DNA from: Cirrosporium novae-zelandiae
Lineage: Eukaryota
NCBI GenBank assembly: GCA_026023565.1
Contig: JAPETS010000054.1
Location: forward strand, 1 to 64,000
Length of the DNA: 64,000 nt
Direction of reading: 5' to 3'
Shown: piece by piece, positions 38,111 to 50,688 of the stretch
Layout: each line of letters starts with the position of its first letter
How positions within the stretch are numbered: the first letter of the stretch is position 1
Notes under the pieces: model-generated
Databases searched by the model: none
Seen by the model: the letters and a program-made list of their open reading frames with translations, nothing else
What the model was told of the DNA's origin: nothing
Made by a program: the position numbers and the translations under genes

Positions 38111-38680
38111 CCTTATTTCACCCCTTGGCGAGGACACTTCAAAAAATGCACGGTCAGTCCTTGGGTATTTAGGCTGCGAGGATCGTTATAGTGAGGTCAT
38201 TACCATAAAATTGGTATGAATTAACAGAATCAGGAAAATATATGAGATGTATCGATGATGATATATTATATATCGATAAAAATATAATCGCATCTACTCC
38301 ACTAAGATTTGAGAGTCTTGATGTTACTAACCCGAGAACAGACGCCATCGAGAGCATATCCATTCGGAGATATCTAGGATTAGCGCATCAAGTGTAATTG
38401 GTAATCTTAGTATATGAGCAGATAGCAGTGATACCTGACAGAATGGACAGATGGTACTCGAGCAGAGTGGAAAAAGGGATTGTCAGGGCTACAAGGTTGA
38501 GGGGGGATAGCAATGCCATCATTATTCATCATGGCTAGTATAGACTTTGCTGATAAACGGTTGGTGAGATTTGTGCATTACCTAAGATGGAAATTGATCA
38601 GTTTACCTAGAGTATGGTAAGGCACCAAGATACCCAAGATACAAAACAAAGTGGTCGGTCCAGTACCGGAAATATGCCGG

Positions 38681-38750
38681 TGGAGATCACTAGAGATGGC
38701 TAGAGATCACTAGAGATCACTAGAGATAACCTTCGCAAGGCTAGAGATCA
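38681..38750. repeat. Imperfect 10-bp tandem repeat (TAGAGATCAC)n
   Basis: Five adjacent units plus one offset copy. Confidence 0.85.
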
Positions 38751-39958
38751 ATCAGACCAAAAACCTCAGCCCAGGCTAGGACGGTGTATCAGAAAATAAC
38801 AAAAATGCCATGGCCCATCAGTCTCGCCCAGGGCAAGTGGATGACATCTGGCAGGCTAGGTAGGCCTACCAGCAGATAATTTTGACTCAGGACCAGGGTT
38901 CAGGGGAATCAGGGTTTGACACCATGTCCAGGCTAAGTGACGGAGCGACCGATGGCAGTGAGAGATAAAGACAAAGTCAACTAGATGCCTTAGGTAGCTA
39001 CCTAGGTAGGTAGTGAGGGGCTCTGTGAGATTATAGATATAATTTGGATAATTTAGGAAGATGATATATTCCTTCAGGAATTGGGATGGGGAATGGGGGG
39101 GATTTTCTGGACGTGTCAAATGTTGAATGGAAACTTAATGTGAGTTTAGTGGGGAGTTGTGGTTGAATATGGGATCACCACGTACTGAGAAGGACTGAGG
39201 GCTGTGGGCTGTGGGCTGTGGGGGGGGTCCAGAGATCTTGGGCTTTTGGCATAGCCTTACTGGATTTTGTGACTGTAATTATTCCTTTCCATTTTGTGCC
39301 ATTTAAGCATAGTCCAATGAGGTTAGACTCACTTTTAAGTTGACCATTTAAGGTTAGATTAAAATATGCACTTGGACCTGACTAGATCCCACTAACCCCA
39401 ATGTGGTACTAGTCATGATAGCAGGTAACTTACCACAGTACTCGAGTACCACAGGTACGAGGTAAAAGTCTAGAAACACACTGCAACCCAGTGCAACGTA
39501 CTGAAACTTTTCGGATTTGTTGGTATTGTGCCTGACTGGCCATTGAGGTCACCGTCTCTTTCGCTTACAGTGAGCACTATTCCGCTTACCTTCGACTTAC
39601 CTTCAGCCCCACGAAGCCCCCCCAAAAAGCGCTAATTTCTAAATAAATCCACAGGTTCGTATTCATCTCTGCTCATCTAAGTATAACCATCTCTTCCTTT
39701 CTTGGCTTCCTGTCGTGGCACTCTGCTCGTAAATAAATACCCTCCAGATTGTTTCTATTTTCTGTTTCTTTTTTATGCTTTTTCTCCGTACAAGTACAAA
39801 ATAACAAGTCCCGAATACCTTCTTCTCATCCTTTTTCATCTCCCTTGCTCAGCCTTGAATTCTACTGTTATTACTATTGTCATTATCCAAAAGCTGACAA
39901 GAAAAATATCTAACTCTTTAATCTAATTCCCACCTTGGAAAACATAATCATCGTCATC

Positions 39959-40715
39959 ATGTTCTCATCCATCCTCCTCGTTTCTGCCCTCGCGGCCTCT
40001 GCTCTCGCAAACAAAATCACCTCCCCAAGCGCCGGCGAAACAGTCAAGATTGGCTCCACCTACACCATCGAATGGGACCCAACCACCAGCGGTAAATATT
40101 CCCTCCCATCCAACCCAATGCCTTGGAACTCAATCCAATTCAATCTTTACTAACGTCGGACTCTCAGGTGATGTATCTCTGATCCTCGGAACTGGCACCG
40201 GTTCATCCTTCACCTCCGACTTCACCATCGCCGACAACGTCGTGAACAAAGATGGATCCTACTCGTGGGCCGTCTCGGACACGATCAGCGCAGACAACAA
40301 CTTCGTGATTAAGATTCTTGTCGCCAACGGCCAGAACAACGATGCCGACTACTCGGGCATCTTCTCCCTCGGTGATACTGCCTCAGGCGGCTCCTCCTCC
40401 TCTTCCTCCTCTTCGTCGTCGAGCTCATCCGCATCAGCCTCCTCCGCAACCTCGTCCGCGTCATCGTCGTCGTCCGCCGCCCAATCCTCGTCATCGTCAT
40501 CTGCAGAATCAAGTGGAACTAAAACTGGTTCGTCTTCCACCATGACCACCAGCACCTCTTCTTCATCTAGCGGCTCGGCTCTCAGTGCGGGCTCTAGCAG
40601 CGCCGACGCTTCGTCTACTCCTTCTTCGGTTTCTGACAGCGGTGCTACAGGCTTCAAAGCGTGGAACTTCGGTGCCGCCGTTGCCGTTGGCGCTCTCGGC
40701 GCTGCCCTCCTCTAA
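39959..40715 (+). CDS. GPI-anchored Ser/Thr-rich cell wall protein (Kre9/Knh1 N-terminal-like domain); 2 exons
   Basis: Signal peptide MFSSILLVSALAASALA, ITSP.AG.TV..G..YTIEW, G.YSW.V, YSG.F, a long Ser-rich stalk and a C-terminal SGA + hydrophobic GPI signal. Intron 40092-40168. Confidence 0.9.
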
Positions 40716-40899
40716 ATGCACTATCGAAGATTGAAGACTCATGGATGAAAAGGGGGGATTGGGGGAGGGAGGAGGCACACACGTGTGCACGTGATTGGCT
40801 GAACGGACATAACTTTAACTTGCGAAATGATGCATATGTATGGAAGGAGTGGGGGGGGAGGACCCTAATGTTAGATTTTTTTTTATCTTTGGCGTATTA

Positions 40900-41202
40900 A
40901 CTGTTAACTATTAACCCAACATAGCGATGATTTTAGAAAGTGAAAAGAAAGAACGATTGAACCAAAAAAACCACAAAAAAAAGAATATCGGATTTATATT
41001 TTTTCCCCGCTCTGTTGCTTTTGTGATTTTTTCTGTTCTAGTGCCATTGTGCCATTTACTCTTGCCCTTATTCTTGCTCTTACTCTTACTATATATACAC
41101 TTCGAACCCCTGTATTTATACTCAGAAAAAAAAATTATCATTCTTACCATTCTATCCCAAGAAATCAAAATTTGAATTATCAGGGAAGACTTTTGACCCC
41201 TC

Positions 41203-41233
<31 letters not shown>

Positions 41234-43060
41234 CATACAGTATATACGATAGGTAGGTAGGTCATAAGTAGTAATCCCGCATGCACGAAAAAAAAGAAGA
41301 TGTGCATCTCAGAGGCCATAAAAACCCCATATTTGGGTTGGGTTTGATTGGGTTGGGTTTGATTCCTCAGAGTGAGTGCTTGGACTATCTAATTAGTGAT
41401 TGATTAATTAGATCACACTGGTACCACAATACAATATCAGTGTTTCTTCTGTGCATATATACCCATACCCATCCATACCCATCCATACCCATATGCATAT
41501 ATATATATATGCATAGCATAGCATAGCATAGCCCTATTTTCGTCTATTCGTCTATTTTGGATTAGTCCCGCATGTTGCATGTTGCATGTTGCATGTTGCA
41601 TATCCCAGAATTTTAAAAAATCTTGCTTGTTTGTTCAAGGGACTCACGTGGGATTGATTTGTACAATGCATATTATGCATGCAAGGACATGAACCATGTG
41701 ACTTGTGTTGGTTGGTTGGGTTTTGAAACACAACTTATCGATAGATGGATGGATGGATGGGTATAGTATAATTGTGAATGATAATAAGTTTATAATGAAT
41801 GGTGGGGGGTTTGTTCTTGTTCTTGTTATTGGGACGGGCTGGATACTTATTCAATACCACACCACACCACAACCGAATCAATAGAATATACTCACTTACT
41901 TAGACTACTTATATGGCTCTAATATTTTATTTTGTTTTATTTTGTTTTGGTTTGTTTTATTTTACTTTCCTCTTCAATATTATTATGCACCTTTAGAGAT
42001 AGGTAGGTAGGTATCTAGGTAACCTAGGTAAAATAAATAATAATAAGAAGTAGTCTAGTCTAGGTAGGGGTTTAATCGTATCTATAATCTCGGGTATCTA
42101 GGTAAATCGTATTTTGAATATCTAATAAACTACCATGCGAATATGAATGTGGGTTATACCTATACCTATAGCTATAAATTAAAAGTATTAGTTAGTTAGT
42201 TAGTTGATTGATCGATCGGTCCTATGGAGTTTTGAGGTTTTTGATTTTCAGTAGGGGGGATTGGGGAAATGGGGTTCATTCTTTGGTTCTTTAGAATTTT
42301 AGAAATTTACTTGCTTGGATTCGGTCAAGTATAGGTAAGATCCATTCATTTACTATAGTATGCATGCGTGCATGCATGCTCTTCTTTTTCGTTTGTTTTT
42401 TTGTTTCATGGGTATTGGTTGGTTGGTTGGTTACCTAGGTCGTTAAAAGCAGTATACTATATACCATATACCTACGTATCTAAGTACTTAAGTATCTATG
42501 TAGAAGAAAAAGGGGGAAAGGGGTTCGGGATATAAAGGATTAATTTGTATATAGTCTATGTATCTATGTATCTATGTGGATTTTTCACTTTTTATCCGAG
42601 ATAATAATAATAATAATGATGATGGGATAGGCGTGTTGAGGACGATTGATTTTGGTTGTTTGTTCGTCGATGGGCGGATATTATGAAGAGATACTAAATG
42701 TCCGGCATAACCTAGACGTGACAAGCTATGGACAATATAATGAAGAAGAGAGATCCCTCTCGCTTCGGACAGAGCTCAGGGGAGGGGGAAGTGGGGCAGT
42801 GGTATTGGAAGCATGAAAGAGATGCTGTTGCCGTTGCCGTCGGTTTCAGTTTCAGTTTCAGTTTCAACTTCCTTCATTATACAAGTAGATAATTGGCTGA
42901 TTATATACTCTCTCTCTTCCCTCCTCTTCCCTCCCCTTCCCTCCCCTTCCCTTTCCTCTCCCGTGTCTCGCAACTAAAACAAGTGTATCCGACACGAGCT
43001 AGAAAAGTTTACTTTCTATCCAACGAAAGAATACACACACACACACACGCGCGCGCGCGA
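40900..43060. repeat. AT-rich intergenic island dense in diverse microsatellites
   Basis: (ACAT)n, (ATACCC)n, (GCATA)n, (CATGTTG)n, (GGAT)n, (TAGG)n, (TAGT)n, (TATCTATG)n, (AAT)n, (GTTTCA)n and (CA)n(CG)n all read directly. Confidence 0.9.
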
Positions 43061-43168
43061 TGATGCCAACAACCAGCTGCCAAACCCACTAATCAGGAAC
43101 AAACATATTTCCATTATTCTGTGCCACATATTTCACCACTGAACCAAAAAAAGAAACAAGTTCGATCT

Positions 43169-44467
43169 CTACAATTTCGACTGATTCACCTTCATCAGGT
43201 TACTTCCCCTGTTCATATATTCGCATGCTTCTTGTACCATCTCATCTACAATGGCTTTGGCGCTCTTTCGCTCATTGACGACAGCGGCGGCCTTGCCCAT
43301 CAAGAACGGCCGTGCGTTATCTAAAGTCTCGTCGTCGATATCGTCGGGCAGGTTTTCCATGTCGTGCTCTACCGGAATGATGCCCTTGGCCGTTAGATCT
43401 TTGATCTCAGCCTGGCGGTTGTTTTCCCAGTCATCAATGTAGGCGTTTTTGCGGACGCGGAGCGGTCGGCCCTGGAAGGAGGGGGATTAGCGGCTAGGAG
43501 GTTTGAGTTGAGAAGAGAAACTTACAGTGAAGATGATAGTGCGAACATTGTCATCAAATCCGGCGGTTCGGACGGCTTCTTGATGAGAGGCTGGAGCACC
43601 GGCCTCCTCGCATAGCACAAATCTTGTTCCAATCCAGACGGCGTTGGCGCCTAGCATTAGCGACGCAGCTAGGGATTGTCCATTGAACAGTCCTCCAGCG
43701 GCAACGACCTGTACTGGCTGTCCAGTCATGGGACTCTTGTGCCCCTTTACCAGTTGTGCCACAGTGGGAATCAGTATAGTCGTCGGCACGTTTCCAGTGT
43801 GTCCACCACCTTCACCTCCCTGAGCGCAAATGAGATCAACTCCGATATCAAGGCATTTCTTGACATGCTTGGGGTGCCCGATCATGTTCATATATAGGAT
43901 ACCAGATTTGTGTAGTCGGTCCACGACATGTTTAGGGGGAACACCGACGGCAGATACAAATAATTTGGCGCCGCTGTCGATGATGATGCTAATAAGCTCA
44001 TCGAGTTTGCCCTTTGTATAATCATAGCTATGGAGAAAAGCACAGACATTAGTAAGCTTACTATTAGTTGATGAGAGCTAGCATGTGACGGCGAAGAAGT
44101 ATCTCAGTCTTGGATGAAGGGCTGATATAGACATACTTGGTTTTCCTTGCGCTACCCCCAACTTGTGGGAGCAACAAATCAACACCAAATGGAGCACTTT
44201 TGTCTTTCAAATATCCTTTTAATTCCGCTATTTGCTCTCGAAGCATATCTGGAGTATAACCGACACCGCCAATCACGCCGAGACCCCCTGCATTTGTCAC
44301 AGCTGCGGCGAGTTTGGGACCAGCTGCAACGTTCATCCCAGCCAGGAGGATGGGATGGTTGATCTTCAAGAGATCCGTTACCGGTGTGCGGATTTGTTCT
44401 AGAAGACATCAGCCCAGGGCCAAATAGCGGATCGGGGGGGGGGGGGATACAAACGTGGAGAAGCCAT
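43169..44467 (-). CDS. Nitronate monooxygenase / 2-nitropropane dioxygenase family flavoprotein; 4 exons
   Basis: HPILLAGMNVAAGPKLAAAVTNAGGLGVIG, AQGGEGGGHTG, VVAAGG, GANAVWIGTRF, PFLMGKAAAVV. Confidence 0.93.
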
Positions 44468-45072
44468 GATGATTAGTTTGATGAAAAATAGATCCTCCAG
44501 ACAGAGCTCTTCAACTGGGAAAGCTTAGATTCTTTTGAAGGAGGAGTGAAGTTCGAAGGGTAATGGGGAGCAGTGGAGAGAGAAGAGGAGAGAAAAGTTA
44601 AAATGGATGAGAGAAACAGGAGCAGTAATGTACTGGGTCATTAGAGGAGAAAGTTGTAGCTGATAGAGCAACCAACGAGTAGCGCAAGTTTAGTGAGCCT
44701 CGAACCTCGGTAACTCCACGCTGGACCATTCTGCTTTTGGATTAGCTTCATCATTACCCCGGTATTTGAATTACGTGGTTTGGTACACTGTATTGTCACT
44801 TTTGTCCTCCCCACTTCCGTCATCGCTCTTGGCGAACGGATAACGACTGGAGAATATAACTACTTCACCAGCTTGGGTGTGACCTGTCTGTTAGGGCTTA
44901 CTTGTTACCGTTGAATTATCTACTATAATGTATGCTGATTATATATTGCAATACCAACACATGCATTTCATTATAAAGAAAATTCTTTCCTCAATACTAA
45001 TCAAATAAGAAATCATCAGACTAATTAATCCATCCAATCAAGTTCTCACTATCCAACACCAACAAACGAACC

Positions 45073-45963
45073 ATGACTTTCCCCCTCCAACCAGGCTCCC
45101 ACATCTTCACCACCCCCTCCAACCTCCAACTATCCTACACCGTTTGCGGCAATGGTCCTCTCCTCATAATTCAAACCCCAGGGTGGGGCATCGGCCCCGC
45201 CTACCTTACAGCTGGCCTCGCCCCCCTCCAATTCTACTTCACGCTGCTTTACTTCAACCCACGCGGAACACCCCCCTCATCCCGCCCCCTTTCAACAGAA
45301 ATGGGGTCCAATCACATGTCTACCGACCTCGAATCCCTCCGCCTCCATCTCTCCGTCCAAAAACTAACCATCCTAGCCCACTCCAACGGCGGCAGCATTG
45401 CCCTCCACTACGCCTCGAGCCACCCGACCAACGTCTCAAAGCTCCTGCTCGTCTCCCACCGCCTCATCGGTTACAACACCACCCCCGAACTCCAAACCTT
45501 TCTCGAATCTCGAAAAGGCGATCCCGTCTACGACACTGCTGTCTCTCGCCTTAAAAACATGACTGCAACCACCGATGAAGATTTCAGAGATGAGCTTTTC
45601 GAAGTCCTGCCCTGGTACTTTCATGACTACAAAGAAAACTACTTTGATTTTCTCGCCACGCTAAGTACCGGTCCCACCCCACAGGCCGTGTGGGCGCGCA
45701 ACATGCAGAAACCATGCGATGAGAACCCCGAGGCGGAGTTGGTGGATAAGCTGGGGAGTGTGACGGCAGAAGTGTTCATAATCGTCGGGAGAGAGGATGC
45801 GGTTTGTACGGTCGGGAATGCGGAGAGGACTAGAGAGCTGCTGTTGGATGGGGAGAGAGGGAACAAGGCTGAGCTTTTTGTGATAGAAGAGTGTGGTCAT
45901 TTTCCTTGGGTTGAGAAGAGAGAGGTGTTTTTCGAAAAAGCGCTGGGATTCCTTAGAGGATAG
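45073..45963 (+). CDS. Alpha/beta hydrolase (proline iminopeptidase-like); intronless
   Basis: PRGT..SSRP, DLE.LR.HL, nucleophile elbow AHSNGG, GREDAVC (Asp), ECGHFPWVE (His). Confidence 0.88.
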   Translation: MTFPLQPGSHIFTTPSNLQLSYTVCGNGPLLIIQTPGWGIGPAYLTAGLAPLQFYFTLLYFNPRGTPPSSRPLSTEMGSNHMSTDLESLRLHLSVQKLTILAHSNGGSIALHYASSHPTNVSKLLLVSHRLIGYNTTPELQTFLESRKGDPVYDTAVSRLKNMTATTDEDFRDELFEVLPWYFHDYKENYFDFLATLSTGPTPQAVWARNMQKPCDENPEAELVDKLGSVTAEVFIIVGREDAVCTVGNAERTRELLLDGERGNKAELFVIEECGHFPWVEKREVFFEKALGFLRG

Positions 45964-46225
45964 GGTACGGTAAGTCGATTTGGATGGACTCTTTGGGACT
46001 AGAGTTGGAACTGGGATAGACAATGAAATTGAATAAAAGGATAAAGGCATGGTCCACATTTGCATTCCCTAGATAGCTATACTAGCTAATAACTGTATCT
46101 CCCGATCTGCAAAAGGCACGTAGCCATGCATGCATGTAACTCAATTCATTCATCCCTGACCCCCTGCCGAGATCTCCTTATCCCAACCTCAACCCAAGCT
46201 GCATATTTCATCCCATCCTAGGAGA

Positions 46226-46677
46226 TTAAGCATCACCGCCACCAACCTGTTCCGAATGTACCTCGATGATATCCCCATTGGTCAAGCCAAGATCCCTTGG
46301 CGTCTGGCCTTTGATAATGCGCTCGCCTTCCCAGAGGAAACGCACTTCTGAGAGGGCTTTTCCTGATTTGTTGCAGAACGCCTGGAAATAGGAGTGCAAG
46401 TTAGTTTGCATACCAAGTTTGGTGAGATGGGAGGGGTAGCTGGGGGTAGCTGGGGGTGAGGATGGAATAAGTTTTTGGTGGATGGTCAACTCACCTCCAT
46501 CAGCTTGTCGAGACATGTAGTCTGTTTTACTTTGAAGTGAATGACATTGTTATTGTCGTTGACAGTAAGATTAATGCGGTCATCAAGATCAGGGCCTTGG
46601 GGTGCATCATTTTCCCCTGGCTGCTGGTGTGGATAATGGGAAGCGGGCTCATGTAGAGGCACATTGTTAGGTGACAT
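46226..46677 (-). CDS. SUMO-like ubiquitin-fold modifier, divergent; exons 46677-46495 and 46381-46226
   Basis: Spliced reading ...RINLTVNDNNNVIHFKVKQTTCLDKLME/AFCNKSGKALSEVRFLWEGERI...TPRDLGLTNGDIIEVHSEQVGG-GDA*. GTGAGT..CAG phase-0 intron; diglycine present. Confidence 0.88.
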
Positions 46678-47590
46678 CTTGCCTTCTGTTGAGGGCACTC
46701 TGATTCCTTGCTAGTTGGGAGATATGTTGGAGTGGTAGAGATTATATTGGGGGACGGACCGATATTAGATATTTGGTTTTAAAGGTTTGACAGAGGAGAA
46801 AATCTGTGGGTTGATCGTTGTAGAAGAAATGTTGGGCAAAGTGGTGTTTGCATGAGACCCAAGTCGAAAATGGAAGAAAGATTTGGAAATAATATTGTAA
46901 TGAGATGAGACTATGATGTTAGATATTTCGTTTACAGTACGGTATAACAGAGTATCGGGCCGAAACCCCTAGATCAAGGGTTATCCAAGTTTCCATTACA
47001 ACTCCGATTTGCTGCCATCCAAGAGAGTGAAAACTTACTTAGACAGGTGGCATATGAACATGTTTCATTCAGAAACGAGCGACTGTGATTACGCTCAGTG
47101 CTATCCATAGAAAAATCGGTATTCTTAATTCGTGAGTTTGTAAGAAACGCCCAGCGCGTAACTGAAGTGAGCTCTGGGAGATGTTTGATACCTGGAGTAT
47201 CCTATGGTTGAGTAGAGAAACGAGTGTCTAAAAAGAGTAACGTGAATAAGAAAGGGAAAGAGTGATAGTAAATGAAAGGTAGAGGATGATTTGGAAGAGA
47301 GGTGAGAGTTGAACTCGGCGGCGAGATTGTTTATATCTAGCGCTGGCCACTATAAATAATGAATTCTAAGATGAAATCAATAATACAGCATTTCTTCTGC
47401 TAGGATACATTTTCGAGAGCTCAGTTTTTTCTCGGGGCCACGCATGAAATACAGTACAGGACATGTTTTGGAGTGAATGTAGGATAGAAATAATAACCTG
47501 GAAGTCATAGATGATCTTCTGTCGGGGAATTTAAGAACCGATGCCCCGACATGTTCAAGCTCGCCGAATACTTGTACCGAGTTACCGAGT

Positions 47591-49656
47591 GCCATCCGTT
47601 CTCAATTTCATCAAGGGATTACTATTTCGTACAAGGAGGTATGTGGAGCATTAGGAGTATTCAAAGAATCAAGTTGAACATATACCGTGTGGTTAACTAT
47701 CATTGACATACTCCAGCTGGGGCTTTGTGAGACCACAGAAGGTGTCAAGTCATATGCTGGCTATGTTCATCTACCTCCAAATTCCTTAGATGAAAAGGGA
47801 GAATCTCAGAATTATCCCATAAATATGTGAGTCCATCTGCCTACCCAAACAGTACATGAAGCTCTATATTAACAATCGATTATAGCTTTTTCTGGTTCTT
47901 CGAAGCTCGAAAGGACCCTCAAAATGCACCGCTTTCAATATGGATGAACGGCGGCCCCGGCACGTCATCTCTGATGGGCTTGTTCCAAGAAAATGGCCCT
48001 TGTTTTGTGGACTCGAGCTCCAATAGCACATATTTAAATCCAAATTCTTGGAATAATGACGTGAATATGTTCTACATCGACCAGCCAGTTCAAGTTGGTT
48101 ATTCGTATGATGTGCCCACCAACGTTACTTACAAGGCAGGCGATGGAGGCGGTTTTACGGTTATTGACTTCTCTTCCAACATCCCTACCCAGAACAACAC
48201 TTTTTTTGTCGGAACTAGCACCAGTCAAAACTTAACGAGTACAGCCAACTCCACAAGCCATGCCGCTGTGGCTCTTTGGCATTTTGCACAAACATGGTTC
48301 TCTGAGGTAGGATTCGAGAATATTCGCAGCATAGCATCACGCTGTATGTGTGGCTAAGAGGTCGAAATATATAGTTTCCGTATTATAAGCCCCGTGATGA
48401 CCGCATTAGTATCTGGACGGAAAGTTATGGTGGTCATTACGGCCCAGGGTTCGCAGCTTTCTGGGAGTAGCAAAACGAAAAGATTGCAAACGGAACACTC
48501 AAAGAACCCGGGGCTCATTACCTCCATTTGGATACCCTTGGGGTTATAAATGGATTCATTGACAGCCTCTATCAAACCGAAGGAAGTTTCAAGATGCTTT
48601 ACAATAATACTTACGACCTGAAGTTCATTAACGAGACCATGTACAAGAGTATAATGCATAAATGGGAGGTGCCAGGTGGATGCTATGATTAAATTACCAT
48701 CTATCTTTAGAAAGTCATGTAAAGAGGTTATTAACTTTTCGTGTACATGTGTAACTGGTACTGAAAATTCTGATATCTATTCGACTAATTTCTCTATTTA
48801 GGTCAGTGTGTATGATATTACTGGTACAATCTTGCCCTTGACGACGTGAGAATAGTTATTCGCTAACATCTAATAGCTCCCAGGGAAAATCCATTTGTAA
48901 GTAGCGTCCTTTCTTTGTCGTTGGCCTTGGTCGAGTCTGGATATTTATGGGCATTGGGGACAGCCTGCCCCATACTTTATAGGTTTCTTGAACCAACACC
49001 ACGTCCAGAAAGCCCTTGGTGTACCAGTAAACTTCTCGTTACTATCTCAAGCTGTCTATGGGGGATTTCGTGCAACTAGAGATGGTGATCGTACTGGCTT
49101 TCTGGAGTCAATCAGCTACCTCCTAAGTCGGGGCATCAAAGTTGCTCTCGTATATGGCGATCGTGATTACATCTGTAATTGGATCGACGGAGAGTTGGTG
49201 GCACTGAAAATTAAATATGAAGGATGGCTTAATTCAGATGTGGGTTATGAGAAATTGCTTGTAGGAGAGCAAGAACTGTGGAAGGGCATGGTAAGGCAAG
49301 CTGGAAATTTGAGTTTCACAAGAGTTTTCCAGTCAGGTCACGAAGTTCCGAGTTATGCTCCTGAAGCCGCTTTTGCGCTCTTCAGCCGGAGTATGCACTC
49401 AGTTTCCCTCTCCAATGGCATTGCAGATTCACACTATGTCACGCATGGCCCTGCTTCGACATGGCATATAAAGAATAAGGTAAGAGAAGCACCAAAGCCA
49501 GAGTGCTATATCCTAGACCCAAGCACATTTACCGAGGATGTGTGGGAGGCTGTCAAGGGCGGTAATATAACCGTAAAAGAGTGGAGAGTTGTGGGAGACC
49601 TGGAGGATAAGAGGGATGATGAGGTCGGCACTGGATCTGGAGAATTAAAGCCGTAA
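47591..49656 (+). pseudogene. Serine carboxypeptidase S10 (carboxypeptidase S1-like), probably inactivated
   Basis: [59 protein letters not shown] and GHEVP are present. However, there is no in-frame ATG or signal peptide (stop at 47480), an in-frame TAA at 48690, and an apparently missing segment after GGCYD. Confidence 0.7.
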
Positions 49657-50688
49657 AGGGTATTGCTATTGAACTGGCTCACATGGTACTAAAAATCCTG
49701 TCTTCGGATAGGCTATTTCTTGAGGGTGTGGGTTTGCTTGAGGTTGATTGAGTCCATAGGAATTAGGTCCATTGATGGAGGACACATTCAAACTGATGCA
49801 GACAATCCTAATACAAAATTGTGTGAAGTCATTATTGATACTAGTCAGTCAGTAAATCTGAGTTGCTTCTGTGATTGAATCGAATTTGAATCTTGCGTTG
49901 TCTACAGCCATTATTTGCCGCAGCTACAGTACCTCAGAGTCTAATGATATTTACCAGCTTGTGATAAGCACTTCATCTTCTCTTCTTCTTCTCCTTACTT
50001 ACAAGTCCCTCCCTTTAGGCCTCTTTCTAGCATTAATTCCTTCATGTCTAATCTAACGTTTATGAATTTCTCTCTTGCTTCTGTATCGATTTCCTCGAAT
50101 ATACAGTACAGTCGTATATATAATTATATAGACCCATGACCTGACATGACATGACACCATTAGGAGATATTTTCATCAATGTATTTTTATAAATACTTTG
50201 GTAATAGGACGGAAATGCATAATTAATAGATGGGAAAGGGAATGGGAAAGAGAATGGAGAGGGATCGCTTTGGGTTGTATAATAGCTGTGGGGAGCTATG
50301 GGTATTGATTTGTTTTATTTTTCTTATGTATATCCTACCCGTCTGCTGATAGAAATCTTATCTACCACTGGGTGGGCTGTTAGAGTAGAACTAATATTTA
50401 GGTACTTGGGATGTTGAGGCAAAAGGGGGGATTGGAATTTCAAATTCAAGGTTGGGCTGGGGTTCTGATGATTGTTGCATCCTGCTTGAATGAATAAACA
50501 AACAAAAAAACATAAATGGCGTGAATCTGGCCAGTGTAGCCTTTGAAAAGTTACCGGAGATGTGGTATCAGCATCGTGCGAGGTTCTTCTCCTACGGTAG
50601 ACAAAAAAAGTCCAAAGACGAAAGGAGTGAGTTCATTCTTCCTTCTAAGTTGTAAGTAAATGCCCTCTATATACCCATAAAAACCGAA

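Noticed and set aside
38169..38532. Possible spliced ~100-aa minus-strand ORF next to the HET relic
   Set aside because: Branch-to-acceptor spacing is poor and the peptide has no recognisable features.
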